A DNA stretch of 41,124 nucleotides from Candidatus Nanoarchaeia archaeon. Its GTDB lineage: Archaea; Nanobdellota; Nanobdellia; UBA10117. Of this stretch, positions 32,091-40,852 are shown one piece after another (position 1 is the stretch's first letter; every line of letters begins with the position of its first letter). The notes under the pieces were generated by a model, which ran no database searches, was not told the origin of the DNA, and saw nothing but the letters and a program-made list of their open reading frames with translations. A program made the position numbers and the translations under genes. Location of the stretch: assembly GCA_038851215.1 (NCBI GenBank), contig JAWCLD010000002.1, positions 1-41,124 of the forward strand, in the 5' to 3' direction.

Positions 32091-32993
32091 ATGGCCTCAA
32101 AGACTGGAACAATTCTTCTCGCAATAGCGCTTATTATTATAATAGCATTTTCTGGCTGTATAAGCAAGCAAAAAACAGAACAAATTGTAAAGCAAAAAGC
32201 CTTTATCGGCGGGAATGAAGGTATTAGTATAGAAAAAATGACTGGTCTGCCACCCGACCAAATATATGAAGGCCAAGATTTTCAAATTGGTGTTACACTT
32301 AAAAACAAAGGCGAGGCTGAGGCGTCAAATATTGTTGTTAGCGTGGCAGGCATCGACGCTACACGCTTTCAACTAAGTCCTGTTTCAGAGCAGCTAATAA
32401 AATTATCACCCGTTTCTAAGATAGGAGATACAATGATACCTGGTGGACAAGCGCAAATCATTTTTAATGCGAAAGCGCCCGATATAGTTGGGGCGCAGGC
32501 GCAATATCCGCTTCAGATTATAGCGATTTACGATTATAGCACGCAAGCGGTTGCTGGAGTTTGCATGAAGGAAAGTCTAATCCAGCAAACAACCGCAGGA
32601 CCAGAAATTTGCAAATTAACTGGTAATAAGCCAGTTGAAAGTTCAGGCGCGCCAATGAAAGTAGTCTCGGTCGAAGAACTTCCGACAGGATTTAATATCA
32701 AAATCAAAAATGTCGGCCGTGGCTACCCCTTTGTTTCTACTACGAGACCGTCCAACGAAGGCGATATAAATCCGTTCACCCAAAAAGATAGAGTGGAAAT
32801 ATCGGCAAAGCTTGGCGATACGACGCTAACTTGTACACAATCAGTATTGTTGCTTACAAATAATGAAGCAACTGTTTTCTGTCCTGCAACATTAAGTGCT
32901 GGTGCAGAATACGTCGAACAACTCGCTATAAAATTAAATTATGGTTATGTTGAAAGAATAAGTACAACGCTCAATATACTGGCCATAAGCTAA
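32091..32993 (+). CDS. lipobox-containing surface protein, paralogue 2
   Basis: 300 aa with the signal LAIALIIIIAFSGC|IS. Shared blocks are FIGGNEG, LKNKGEA, IPGGQAQI, SSGAPMKVVSV, KIKNVGRG and YVEQLAIKLNYGY. Confidence 0.6.
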   Translation: MASKTGTILLAIALIIIIAFSGCISKQKTEQIVKQKAFIGGNEGISIEKMTGLPPDQIYEGQDFQIGVTLKNKGEAEASNIVVSVAGIDATRFQLSPVSEQLIKLSPVSKIGDTMIPGGQAQIIFNAKAPDIVGAQAQYPLQIIAIYDYSTQAVAGVCMKESLIQQTTAGPEICKLTGNKPVESSGAPMKVVSVEELPTGFNIKIKNVGRGYPFVSTTRPSNEGDINPFTQKDRVEISAKLGDTTLTCTQSVLLLTNNEATVFCPATLSAGAEYVEQLAIKLNYGYVERISTTLNILAIS

Positions 32994-33056
32994 GTTGCGA
33001 AATTTAAGTAGTTGAAAGTAGAATAGCTTTTATTTCTTTTAGGCATTAAAAATTGC

Positions 33057-34316
33057 ATGAGGCTATTTGCAGACCTTCATATACATTCGAGATTTAGCAA
33101 GGCTTGCTCCCAAGATCTTAATCTGCAAAATCTAGAAAGATGGGCTTTAATTAAAGGCCTTCATATTCTTGGTACCGGAGATTTTACGCATCCTACGTGG
33201 CTAAATGAATTAAAACAAAATCTGCAGCAAGTGACAGATGATGGCATTTTTTCTTATGGAAAGATAAACTTTATCTTGACGACAGAGATTTCAAATGTCT
33301 ATGAATTAGATGGTAAAATTAAAAAGATTCATCACATATTGCTTGTACCCAGCTTTGAGGTTGCAGAACAGATAAATGATTATTTGTCAAAGTTTACTAA
33401 TTTATCTGTAGATGGAAGGCCGACTGTAAGAATAGCTAGTCCGAAGCTTGTTGAAGATATAAAATCAATTTCCAGCAAAATAGAAATTATCCCTGCACAT
33501 GCGTGGACGCCACACTTTGCCTTGTTTGGTAGCAAGTCTGGTTTCGATTCCTTAAAAGAATGCTATGAGGATAAAGCAAACGAGATTCACGCTATTGAAA
33601 GTGGCATGAGCTCTGACCCGGCAATGAATTGGAGACTCTCAGCACTTGATAAGATACAGATAGTTTCATTTTCAGATGCCCATTCTTATTGGCCTTGGCG
33701 CATTGGGAGAGAGGCAACAATTTTCGATACAGAGCTAAAATACAATAAAATTATCAACGCAATAAGAACTGGCGAAGGCCTTGCGGGAACTATAGAGACT
33801 TCGCCCGAATACGGCAAATATCATTTTGATGGCCATCGTAACTGTGGTGTGTGGATGGAGCCCCAGCAATCAAAAAAGTATAACAATAGATGTCCAAAAT
33901 GCGGCAAACCTTTGACAATAGGTGTGCTGAACAGGGTTGAGCAACTTGCTGATAGACCTGCAAATTATAAGCCAGAAAAAAGACCACCTTTCTATACTTT
34001 ATTGCCTCTAGCAGAGCTGTTGGCAGCCTCGCTTGGCACGAAATCGGTGACAGCCAAACCAGTCTTGCAAATTTACAATGAAATGCTGGAAAGGTTTAGC
34101 TCAGAATATGCGATTCTAATGGAAGCGCCGCCAGAACAGCTATCTGAAATTGTTACGGATGACATTGTAGAGCTGATAATTAAAAACAGATTTGGTAAAC
34201 TAACAGTGCAGCCGGGCTACGACGGTGTTTATGGCAAACTGCTTTTAGAAAAAAATGCGAGCAATAAAATGCAACAAATGGCGAGCGAGCAAAAATCCTT
34301 ATTTGATTATAATTGA
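33057..34316 (+). CDS. PHP-domain nuclease, endonuclease Q (EndoQ)-like
   Basis: 419 aa. The N-terminal PHP metal site is FADLHIHSRFSKACS...GTGDFTHP. The internal Zn-finger-like region is YHFDGHRNCGV...NNRCPKCGKPLTIGVLNRVEQLADRP. Size and domain order match my recollection of Pyrococcus EndoQ. Confidence 0.6.
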   Translation: MRLFADLHIHSRFSKACSQDLNLQNLERWALIKGLHILGTGDFTHPTWLNELKQNLQQVTDDGIFSYGKINFILTTEISNVYELDGKIKKIHHILLVPSFEVAEQINDYLSKFTNLSVDGRPTVRIASPKLVEDIKSISSKIEIIPAHAWTPHFALFGSKSGFDSLKECYEDKANEIHAIESGMSSDPAMNWRLSALDKIQIVSFSDAHSYWPWRIGREATIFDTELKYNKIINAIRTGEGLAGTIETSPEYGKYHFDGHRNCGVWMEPQQSKKYNNRCPKCGKPLTIGVLNRVEQLADRPANYKPEKRPPFYTLLPLAELLAASLGTKSVTAKPVLQIYNEMLERFSSEYAILMEAPPEQLSEIVTDDIVELIIKNRFGKLTVQPGYDGVYGKLLLEKNASNKMQQMASEQKSLFDYN

Positions 34317-34338
34317 AAGATAAAACTGCTTTAAATCC

Positions 34339-35130
34339 TTAGCTAGTTAATTGTATTTGAAAAGTTCCTGCGTTTGCGCCAAGTTGTTTATCTAATTCTG
34401 TTTGTATGCTTTTAATAATTTCATCTAAGGCTCTCTTGTTCGCACCTTCCAAACTAAATTTATATTTTGGAGCTGATATATATTTTACCTCTAACTTTGC
34501 ATTTGCCTTGCTGGCAATTTCAATCGCTTTTGATATCGCACTTTTTATTACCTCAAGACCATTCGGCGCGGCAGATTGTATTAAGAAATAACCGTCTAAC
34601 TTTGCTTTTGGCGGTACAATTCTTTTTTGCACCAATGCCGAAAGCTGTTCGGCAAGCTTCTTATCCACACCCAATCGCTCTAGAATAAGCGAGCCTTTTT
34701 GCGAAATTTCAAGGAACGCAGGATATAGCGCACCGAAAGTCTGGAGAATTTTATTTCCAATTTTCTCGTAAGCAACTTTTACCGTAATCCCAGACTGCTT
34801 TGCAAAAACTTCTAAAATATCATTAGCGATCTTTTCATTCGCCCATTGTTGTAACTTTGTTCTTCGCTGGCCTTCGCCAACTCTTCTTAAGGAGAGCTCC
34901 GCAAATCTTTTCCCAGCGTCTATTGACATAACCTTACAAACAACCTTCGTACCTGGTTTCAAATAAACTTTCATTGCTCTTACCTGCTTTCGGGCAATTT
35001 CAGAAACATGTATCCACCCTTCTACATCCTCAAATTCGTCCAAAATAACAAATACAGAACTTGGGGTTGCCTCCCTAATTGTGCAGATTACAAGCTCATC
35101 CTTCTCTGGCAAATTCTTTTTAGTATACAT
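34339..35130 (-). CDS. eif2a: translation initiation factor aIF2 alpha subunit
   Basis: 263 aa with the N-terminal S1 domain LPEKDELVICTIREATPSSVFVILDEFEDVEGWIHVSEIA. It lies downstream of S27e, as in the conserved archaeal operon. Confidence 0.85.
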   Translation of the reverse strand: MYTKKNLPEKDELVICTIREATPSSVFVILDEFEDVEGWIHVSEIARKQVRAMKVYLKPGTKVVCKVMSIDAGKRFAELSLRRVGEGQRRTKLQQWANEKIANDILEVFAKQSGITVKVAYEKIGNKILQTFGALYPAFLEISQKGSLILERLGVDKKLAEQLSALVQKRIVPPKAKLDGYFLIQSAAPNGLEVIKSAISKAIEIASKANAKLEVKYISAPKYKFSLEGANKRALDEIIKSIQTELDKQLGANAGTFQIQLTS

Positions 35131-35171
35131 AAAAAAAATTATATTATAGTCCTTTTAAATGTTTATTAAAC

Positions 35172-35357
35172 TTAACTAAGTACTTCTAGAATATGGGCTT
35201 TGATTTTTGCAGCACCACCAGTTGCTTCAGCAAGCACTTCACCACAAACAAGACATTTGACAGTTGTAGCAGCTCTGTTAAAAATTATTTGCTCATTCTT
35301 ACATTTTTCACAACGCACTTTAACAAACCTCGATTTTAAATTATAATTTTTTGTCAT
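35172..35357 (-). CDS. rps27e: 30S ribosomal protein S27e
   Basis: 61 aa with the C4 zinc ribbon VRCEKCKNEQIIF...VKCLVCGEVLA. Confidence 0.85.
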   Translation of the reverse strand: MTKNYNLKSRFVKVRCEKCKNEQIIFNRAATTVKCLVCGEVLAEATGGAAKIKAHILEVLS

Positions 35358-35647
35358 ACTAGCTCAACTTTTCGCACTCTTCTTGGTGATTGCTTAAAAT
35401 GTGCTTTATTGCATTTGGTGCACTGAAATTTCAAATTTGCCTTTTTTGTAACTTTTGCTTTTTCGTGAATTATCGGTCTCGGAGAACCTCCATATCCTGA
35501 CTCGATGTAAGCGTAATGCCTAACACCCCACTTTAGAGCTTTCTTTTTCGTTTTAGGCCTGGGTTTAGTTTTCTCTATTACTACCTTATGTAAAGTGTGC
35601 GCCCTACAGCTAGGGCAATACTTTTTGACTTGTTTCGGTATCTTCAT
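35354..35647 (-). CDS. rpl44e: 50S ribosomal protein L44e (eL42)
   Basis: 97 aa with KKYCPSCRAHTLHKV...KFQCTKCNKAH. 4-nt overlap with rps27e. Confidence 0.85.
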   Translation of the reverse strand: MKIPKQVKKYCPSCRAHTLHKVVIEKTKPRPKTKKKALKWGVRHYAYIESGYGGSPRPIIHEKAKVTKKANLKFQCTKCNKAHFKQSPRRVRKVELV

Positions 35648-35673
35648 AGGACATTACCCAATGATGTAAGATA

Positions 35674-36309
35674 TTAGGTATTTTGCGTTGTTTCATTTTT
35701 AACTTCCGTGACGGCGATTTCCACAGCCTTGTTTTGCTTAAGCAATAGTTCTGCCAGTTCTATTGGAAGCTCTACCTCAGAGCCAGCAGTAAATGGACCA
35801 TAGCGATTGAGTTTTGTGTCGATTAGCTCTGGGATAGCCTCAAGCAGTTTTATTCGCTTACTACCTGAAAGCGATGCTTGCTCAGTTTCTTTTAAATGCT
35901 TCGGTTCAGCAGTATAGCTATGATTTAAGAATTCAAAGAAGCCTTCGCCGCTTTGTTTTATTATTTCTAGTAGCGCAAAATATAATTTTTCTTCAGAAAG
36001 TAACATATTTGTAGTATCTTTAAGCTTAAATCCTCCACGAGCGGTAAATAGTGCTCTACTTATGACTTTTCGCTCTCGTCTGTCATACAAATCTCGTAGC
36101 GCTCTTTTAGCGTTTTCTAGTTCTAGTTTTGTCTTTTCTGCAGCCTCGTCAAAACCTGCATCTTTTTGCCGAACGAGAAACTCTTCTTTTGACTTAAAAT
36201 AAGCGCTGATTTTTTTTAACTGTTCTTTATCTATCGGTTGGAGGTCGGTGGAATATTTTTCCGCCCTAAGTATTTCATAAAGGTCTTCGTATGAAAATTC
36301 TCCTCCCAT
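35674..36309 (-). CDS. GINS complex subunit (Gins51/Gins15-type)
   Basis: 211 aa with the N-terminal YEDLYEILRAEKYSTDLQPIDKEQLKKISAYF and the C-terminal B-domain-like NRYGPFTAGSEVELPIELAELLLKQNKAVEI. It sits immediately downstream of the primase gene, the conserved archaeal priS-gins arrangement. Confidence 0.7.
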   Translation of the reverse strand: MGGEFSYEDLYEILRAEKYSTDLQPIDKEQLKKISAYFKSKEEFLVRQKDAGFDEAAEKTKLELENAKRALRDLYDRRERKVISRALFTARGGFKLKDTTNMLLSEEKLYFALLEIIKQSGEGFFEFLNHSYTAEPKHLKETEQASLSGSKRIKLLEAIPELIDTKLNRYGPFTAGSEVELPIELAELLLKQNKAVEIAVTEVKNETTQNT

Positions 36310-36415
36310 TGCACGCCCAATAACTAGTTAGGGCTAACATTTAATAACTCTTTTGCTAAACTTAAATTATTCAAATCTTTAAGTAAATAACAATCTTTAC
36401 TTTTTATCATAATTT

Positions 36416-37669
36416 TTATTTTTTTCTTCCGAGCTTGTGTCTTGGGTAGCTAAGTGGATTTCTGATTTTGCTACAAATAAAATCTGGTTTGCAAACACCA
36501 ATATCTTCAAAAAATTTCTTACAGTTTGGCGGCGGTACTCGTTCTTTACGCCGAAAATGCCAATTTAACTGCGATTTTATATATCCTAACTTTAGCGGCG
36601 GCAAGTTTTTGTTGTTCCACTCATAAACAAATTTCTCGATTTCAGGCCAAGGCCATTTGGTGGCTTTAAGAAAATTAATCAAAGCAAAAAGTGCGCGCTT
36701 TCTCCCATCTGGCAAGCCTCTTAGTGTTGCAATCATGCAAGGTGGAAACATTTCTACTGAAACTTTGCTAGCATAATCTTCAATCTTTACTTTATCTTGT
36801 TGTACGCTTTCTTGCACTCGCAAATTCCAATCCAAAGCCTGCATTAGCAACTGCGCAGCTTCCCCATGCCGCACATTTGTCGTATCCAAAAATTTTACGT
36901 CAACAGACTTCACATTTTCCGGTTTTGCTAATTCTATCGTAAACGTGTCAATATCTTTTGGTCTAATCGGTAGCGAGACAAGCCATTTTTTTTCATTTAA
37001 GGAATAAGGCATCCTAAAGAGATGTCGCGGCGCTATTAATATCGTATCGATTTCTAATAGTTTGTACGGGTCTAATACATCATTTTGTATGAATGTTGCA
37101 GGTTTCTTACCACTTTTCTCACTAATTTTCGCCACGTCTTGCTCAAGCTCTATAATATTGCGAGCCAGCGGTTGTCTAATATACTCTCTCAAATACTTGG
37201 CAACAATTTGGGGCGTGTCTGGAAACGCCAATCTCTCATCCGTTGAAAAGGCTTCCCAAGGTATTCCGATATGAAAGCCACTACCACCGGAAAATTTTAC
37301 GCTATAACACTTAACATTGTGCGTTTCAAGAGCCCAGCAAAGTAGTTTTGCACAGATTTTTGACCATTCTAACACTTTACAATCAATGTCTAATACAAGA
37401 TCAAAACCTATTCTCAATGCATCAAGATCCTTTTTTTCCGAATCAGTTTTCAAGCCCAGCGGATTTGTCCACCTTTCTTCAGAACAATGGAAGCTTGTTG
37501 CACCTTGCCTGACTTGCTTTATAACGTCGGCAGGAAATTCTAACGTGTCGGGCCTCTTGCCAAATACCTGACCAAATTGGACTGCCACCTCTCTATTAGC
37601 AGCTACTCGAACCAATTCTGCACAAATAGCCGGATTTGAGTAATATGTTATAATTTCTGACAATTTCAT
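36416..37669 (-). CDS. priS: DNA primase: PriS-type AEP catalytic domain fused to a PriL-CTD-like 4-Cys (Fe-S) module
   Basis: 417 aa. AEP motifs are FDLVLDIDC (motif I), SGGSGFHIGIPW (motif II) and LFRMPYSLNEK (motif III). The C-terminal ~115 aa contain FPPCM and then PPNC-x9-C-x5-C (Cys311/383/393/399), matching the FPPCM signature of primase large-subunit C-terminal domains. Confidence 0.75.
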   Translation of the reverse strand: MKLSEIITYYSNPAICAELVRVAANREVAVQFGQVFGKRPDTLEFPADVIKQVRQGATSFHCSEERWTNPLGLKTDSEKKDLDALRIGFDLVLDIDCKVLEWSKICAKLLCWALETHNVKCYSVKFSGGSGFHIGIPWEAFSTDERLAFPDTPQIVAKYLREYIRQPLARNIIELEQDVAKISEKSGKKPATFIQNDVLDPYKLLEIDTILIAPRHLFRMPYSLNEKKWLVSLPIRPKDIDTFTIELAKPENVKSVDVKFLDTTNVRHGEAAQLLMQALDWNLRVQESVQQDKVKIEDYASKVSVEMFPPCMIATLRGLPDGRKRALFALINFLKATKWPWPEIEKFVYEWNNKNLPPLKLGYIKSQLNWHFRRKERVPPPNCKKFFEDIGVCKPDFICSKIRNPLSYPRHKLGRKK

Positions 37670-37779
37670 ACTTCTAGTCCATGCACCTCAATAAAAATTT
37701 CAAAAAGAACTTTAATAAGTATTTGTTTAGTAATGACTATTTGCTAAATTGCTAAGCTTAACTTTCTAAAAATAACGGG

Positions 37780-39519
37780 TTAATCTCTTAGTTTAGGTAG
37801 AAATCTAGAAAGTTCGGAAAGTTTTCTTGTATTTAGAATGTTCTTTGCCTCAGCCCAACCTCGTCTTGCATTATAAACTCCAAACTCCATGTACCGTAAT
37901 TGGTCCGGGGTATGTGCGTCGGAATTAATGCATAGCATCACACCAGCTTCAATTGCGGCCTTAATGTTTACGTCATTTAAATCAAGCCTATCAGGAATGC
38001 TGTCAATTTCCAAAATTTTCTTCTTTTCCCTTGCAACTGCATAAATCTGTTCAAGGTCTAAGTCAAAAGGCTTCCTTTGATTTATTATTCTACCAGTTGG
38101 ATGACCTAAAATGTCTAGATTTTTATTTTCTAAAGCTTTTATTATGCGCCCCGTTATTATTTTTCTAGGGGATTTCCACCCAGTGTGTACACTTCCAATA
38201 ACAACATTTAATTTTTTTAGAATTTTTTCAGGATAATCAAAACTACCATCTGCCAAAATGTCCACTTCAGCGCCAGTAAGGATATGAATATCCTTGAATT
38301 TTTTCTGTACAGACTTAATTTCTTGAAGCTGGCTTAGAAGTTTCGCCTCGTCCAAGCCTCTTGCAATTGCCCTGGTTTTACTATGGTCTGAAATGCAAAC
38401 ATATTCATAGCCTCTAGCCTTTGCTGCAGAAACCATCTCCTCAATTGAAGCACCACCATCGCTCCAATTTGTATGAATGTGAAAATCGCCTTTAATATCG
38501 CCCAGGGTAATTAATTTTGGCAGTCTGCGTTTTTGTGCAGCTTCTATTTCGCCTCTCATCTCTCTGAGTTCTGGTTCTATATACTGTAAACCAAGTTTTT
38601 TGTAAACTTCATTTTCAGTTTTGCCAGCAACAAGTTTACCCGTTTTCCTGTCGAAGAGGCCATATTCTGAAAGCTTATAGCCTTTTTCTATTCCAATTCT
38701 CCTTAATGCAACATTGTGCTCTACATTTCCAGTAAAATATTGGAGCGCAGCACCAAACACATTGTCATCAAGCACACGAACATCTGCCTGCAAACCGTTG
38801 CGCAATACAACTGTCGATTTCGTTAAGCCCTTAGCCAAAACTCGGGCGACTTCTGGCATAGTTGTAAAAGTATCCATTACTTTTATTGCTGCAGACGGTT
38901 TTTTTATTGTAACAAGAATGTCTAAATCGCCAACAGTTTCTTTTCTGCGTCTTATGCTGCCTGCTTCTGAGATATGACCTATTTCAGATATTTTCTTTAA
39001 CCTTGAAATTATTGTCTGCGCAATAGGTAAGATCTCGCCTAATAAAAATCTCCCTTTCCCCTTTTCAAACAATCCAATTCCGGCAGCGATGTTCTCCTCT
39101 GATTTTGGCCCAAATCCGGGTAATTTGGCAATTTTGTGCTGAGAAATTGCTTTCTTTAAGTCATCAATATTCTTAATCTTCAGTTCTCTCCACAGTCGAA
39201 TAGCCTTTTTTGGCCCAATTGATTCTATCGATATGAGAGTTGCAAGACCGGCCGGCACTTTCGCTTTTAGCCTTTCGTATTCGTTGACTTTGCCAGTTTC
39301 AATAAATTGTACAATCTTTTTTGCAATTCGCTCTCCAACGCCAGGTATTTCCTTTAGCGCCTTTATACCACCTTTTTTATAAATGTCCTCAATCGCTTCA
39401 GGAATAGCTTCTATAGCCTGTGCAGCCTTCCGGAATGCACGAGGCTTCCATTGTATCCCAAGAAGCTCTTGTAAATCTGCTATGTCGTAAAATATTTTAG
39501 CAATTTCAAAGTTTAGCAT
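37780..39519 (-). CDS. polX: family X DNA polymerase with a C-terminal PHP domain (PolX)
   Basis: 579 aa. It has N-terminal HhH/8-kDa-like IAKIFYDIADLQELLG...IPGVGERIAKKI and LPGFGPKSEENI, the palm motif GDLDILV, and the C-terminal PHP motifs GDFHIHTNWSDG, ISDHS and NSDAH. Confidence 0.85.
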   Translation of the reverse strand: MLNFEIAKIFYDIADLQELLGIQWKPRAFRKAAQAIEAIPEAIEDIYKKGGIKALKEIPGVGERIAKKIVQFIETGKVNEYERLKAKVPAGLATLISIESIGPKKAIRLWRELKIKNIDDLKKAISQHKIAKLPGFGPKSEENIAAGIGLFEKGKGRFLLGEILPIAQTIISRLKKISEIGHISEAGSIRRRKETVGDLDILVTIKKPSAAIKVMDTFTTMPEVARVLAKGLTKSTVVLRNGLQADVRVLDDNVFGAALQYFTGNVEHNVALRRIGIEKGYKLSEYGLFDRKTGKLVAGKTENEVYKKLGLQYIEPELREMRGEIEAAQKRRLPKLITLGDIKGDFHIHTNWSDGGASIEEMVSAAKARGYEYVCISDHSKTRAIARGLDEAKLLSQLQEIKSVQKKFKDIHILTGAEVDILADGSFDYPEKILKKLNVVIGSVHTGWKSPRKIITGRIIKALENKNLDILGHPTGRIINQRKPFDLDLEQIYAVAREKKKILEIDSIPDRLDLNDVNIKAAIEAGVMLCINSDAHTPDQLRYMEFGVYNARRGWAEAKNILNTRKLSELSRFLPKLRD

Positions 39520-39558
39520 GGCCAGTTAAACTACATAAACGAGAAATAAAAACTTAAC

Positions 39559-39918
39559 TTAGCCTGAGCAGGCATAACTATGCTCAAGTTCCCGTAAATA
39601 ATTAATGATGTCTGCTTTGCTTGCATTTAATTTGCTTTTTTCTTCGTTGGTTAATTTGCGTTCAAGTCCTAGAGCTTTCTCGACAGGCTTTGCGTTTAAC
39701 AAAGATATAAGCGCAGGTCTAGAATAACTTTCTTCATGCAGCACGACAATTTTTCTAGAGCTATCTTTTCTTGCAATTGTCAAGCACACATTTTCATAGC
39801 TCTTTTCAACATATGCAATAACATAAAGTTCGCCTATTTCAATATATGGTACAATTGCATCGTGCTTGACAACAACCATACAATTTAAAGGGAAATAAAG
39901 AAATAAAAATTTTCTCAA
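39559..39918 (-). CDS. hypothetical protein
   Basis: 119-aa ORF coupled by a 4-nt overlap to the Nudix gene, with no recognisable motif. The start could be the internal Met at 39879. Confidence 0.4.
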   Translation of the reverse strand: MRKFLFLYFPLNCMVVVKHDAIVPYIEIGELYVIAYVEKSYENVCLTIARKDSSRKIVVLHEESYSRPALISLLNAKPVEKALGLERKLTNEEKSKLNASKADIINYLRELEHSYACSG

Positions 39919-40373
39919 AAAAATTTGCTTAATTCAGTATCAGGTATTTTCTTAAGATACGCTTCAGCCTTTTCCAATATATCCTTATCCGACTTGAATG
40001 TTAGCCGCTTAATTGCATCTTCGTAAGGTAGCCATTCGTAGCCAGCGTGTTCTGAAGAGACTTTGACATATGCTTGTGAAGTTCTTGCTAATAAATAAAT
40101 TACGTCTTTTGAAACTAACTCACCTTCCTTTCTATAAATGTAATGTATCTTTTCCCTAAAGCCTGGAAAAAATTCCAAGTCTTTTATGCCGGTTTCCTCT
40201 TGTACTTCACGAATTGCAGCGTCTTTTTCCTCTTCGCTTTTTTCTACAAGGCCTTTTGGAAAAGCCCAACTTTCTTTATATTGGCCAGAAGCGGCCTTAT
40301 ATAGTAAGAGGTAAAACCTTTTGCCCTTTTCCTCCCGGAAAACAACGCAACCAGCCGATTTTTCTCGTATCAT
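39915..40373 (-). CDS. NUDIX hydrolase
   Basis: 152 aa with the Nudix box FPKGLVEKSEEEKDAAIREVQEETGI (GX5EX7REUXEEXGU). Confidence 0.85.
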   Translation of the reverse strand: MIREKSAGCVVFREEKGKRFYLLLYKAASGQYKESWAFPKGLVEKSEEEKDAAIREVQEETGIKDLEFFPGFREKIHYIYRKEGELVSKDVIYLLARTSQAYVKVSSEHAGYEWLPYEDAIKRLTFKSDKDILEKAEAYLKKIPDTELSKFF

Positions 40374-40852
40374 TTTTGAAGGTCCCGAGTATAAAGTTCG
40401 ATTTTTGCCATGCCTGCCTCGAATCTCTTTCTTTGCGTTGGAAATCTCATTGCTGCAGATGGATGTGGCAGCTCTATGTACGTCGCATTAAAGACTAAAG
40501 GAACATTTTTCGCAGCAATTTTGCCAAGGAGAACTATAACTTCAGGTTTTATTTGCTTAAGCTCTCTTTTTAACATGGGAAGATATTTTTTAATTAGTTT
40601 AGGTTTTGGAGGTCCGATACATCTTACTTTAACAACATTTGTGATGTAAACTTTCTTTCTGTCAATTTTATGTAATTTCAGTTGCTTATCAAGAAATTTT
40701 CCTGCTCTGCCAACAAACGGTCTGCCTTTTTTTTCTTCCTCAACGCCTGGCGCTTCTCCAATAAAAACAATTTTAGCATTCTTTGGCCCTTCGCCCAAAA
40801 TCATTTTTGTGGCCATACGATACAAAGGATGGACGAGTATAAAAATTCTCAC
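40370..40852 (-). CDS. udg: uracil-DNA glycosylase superfamily protein (family-4-like motifs, Cys-poor, short)
   Basis: Motif A is GEAPGVEEEKKGRPFVGRAGKFL and motif B is ELPHPSAAMR. Only one Cys is present. The start may be the internal Met at 40816 or 40804, because the 5' end overlaps the upstream ORF. Confidence 0.7.
   Translation of the reverse strand: MRIFILVHPLYRMATKMILGEGPKNAKIVFIGEAPGVEEEKKGRPFVGRAGKFLDKQLKLHKIDRKKVYITNVVKVRCIGPPKPKLIKKYLPMLKRELKQIKPEVIVLLGKIAAKNVPLVFNATYIELPHPSAAMRFPTQRKRFEAGMAKIELYTRDLQK

Noticed and set aside
34317-34338. Expected nop10 gene downstream of aIF2-alpha (conserved L44e-S27e-aIF2alpha-Nop10 operon)
   Set aside because: Only 22 nt separate the aIF2-alpha stop from the convergent EndoQ-like gene end, so no Nop10-sized ORF exists here. 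I note it as an absence, not a feature.
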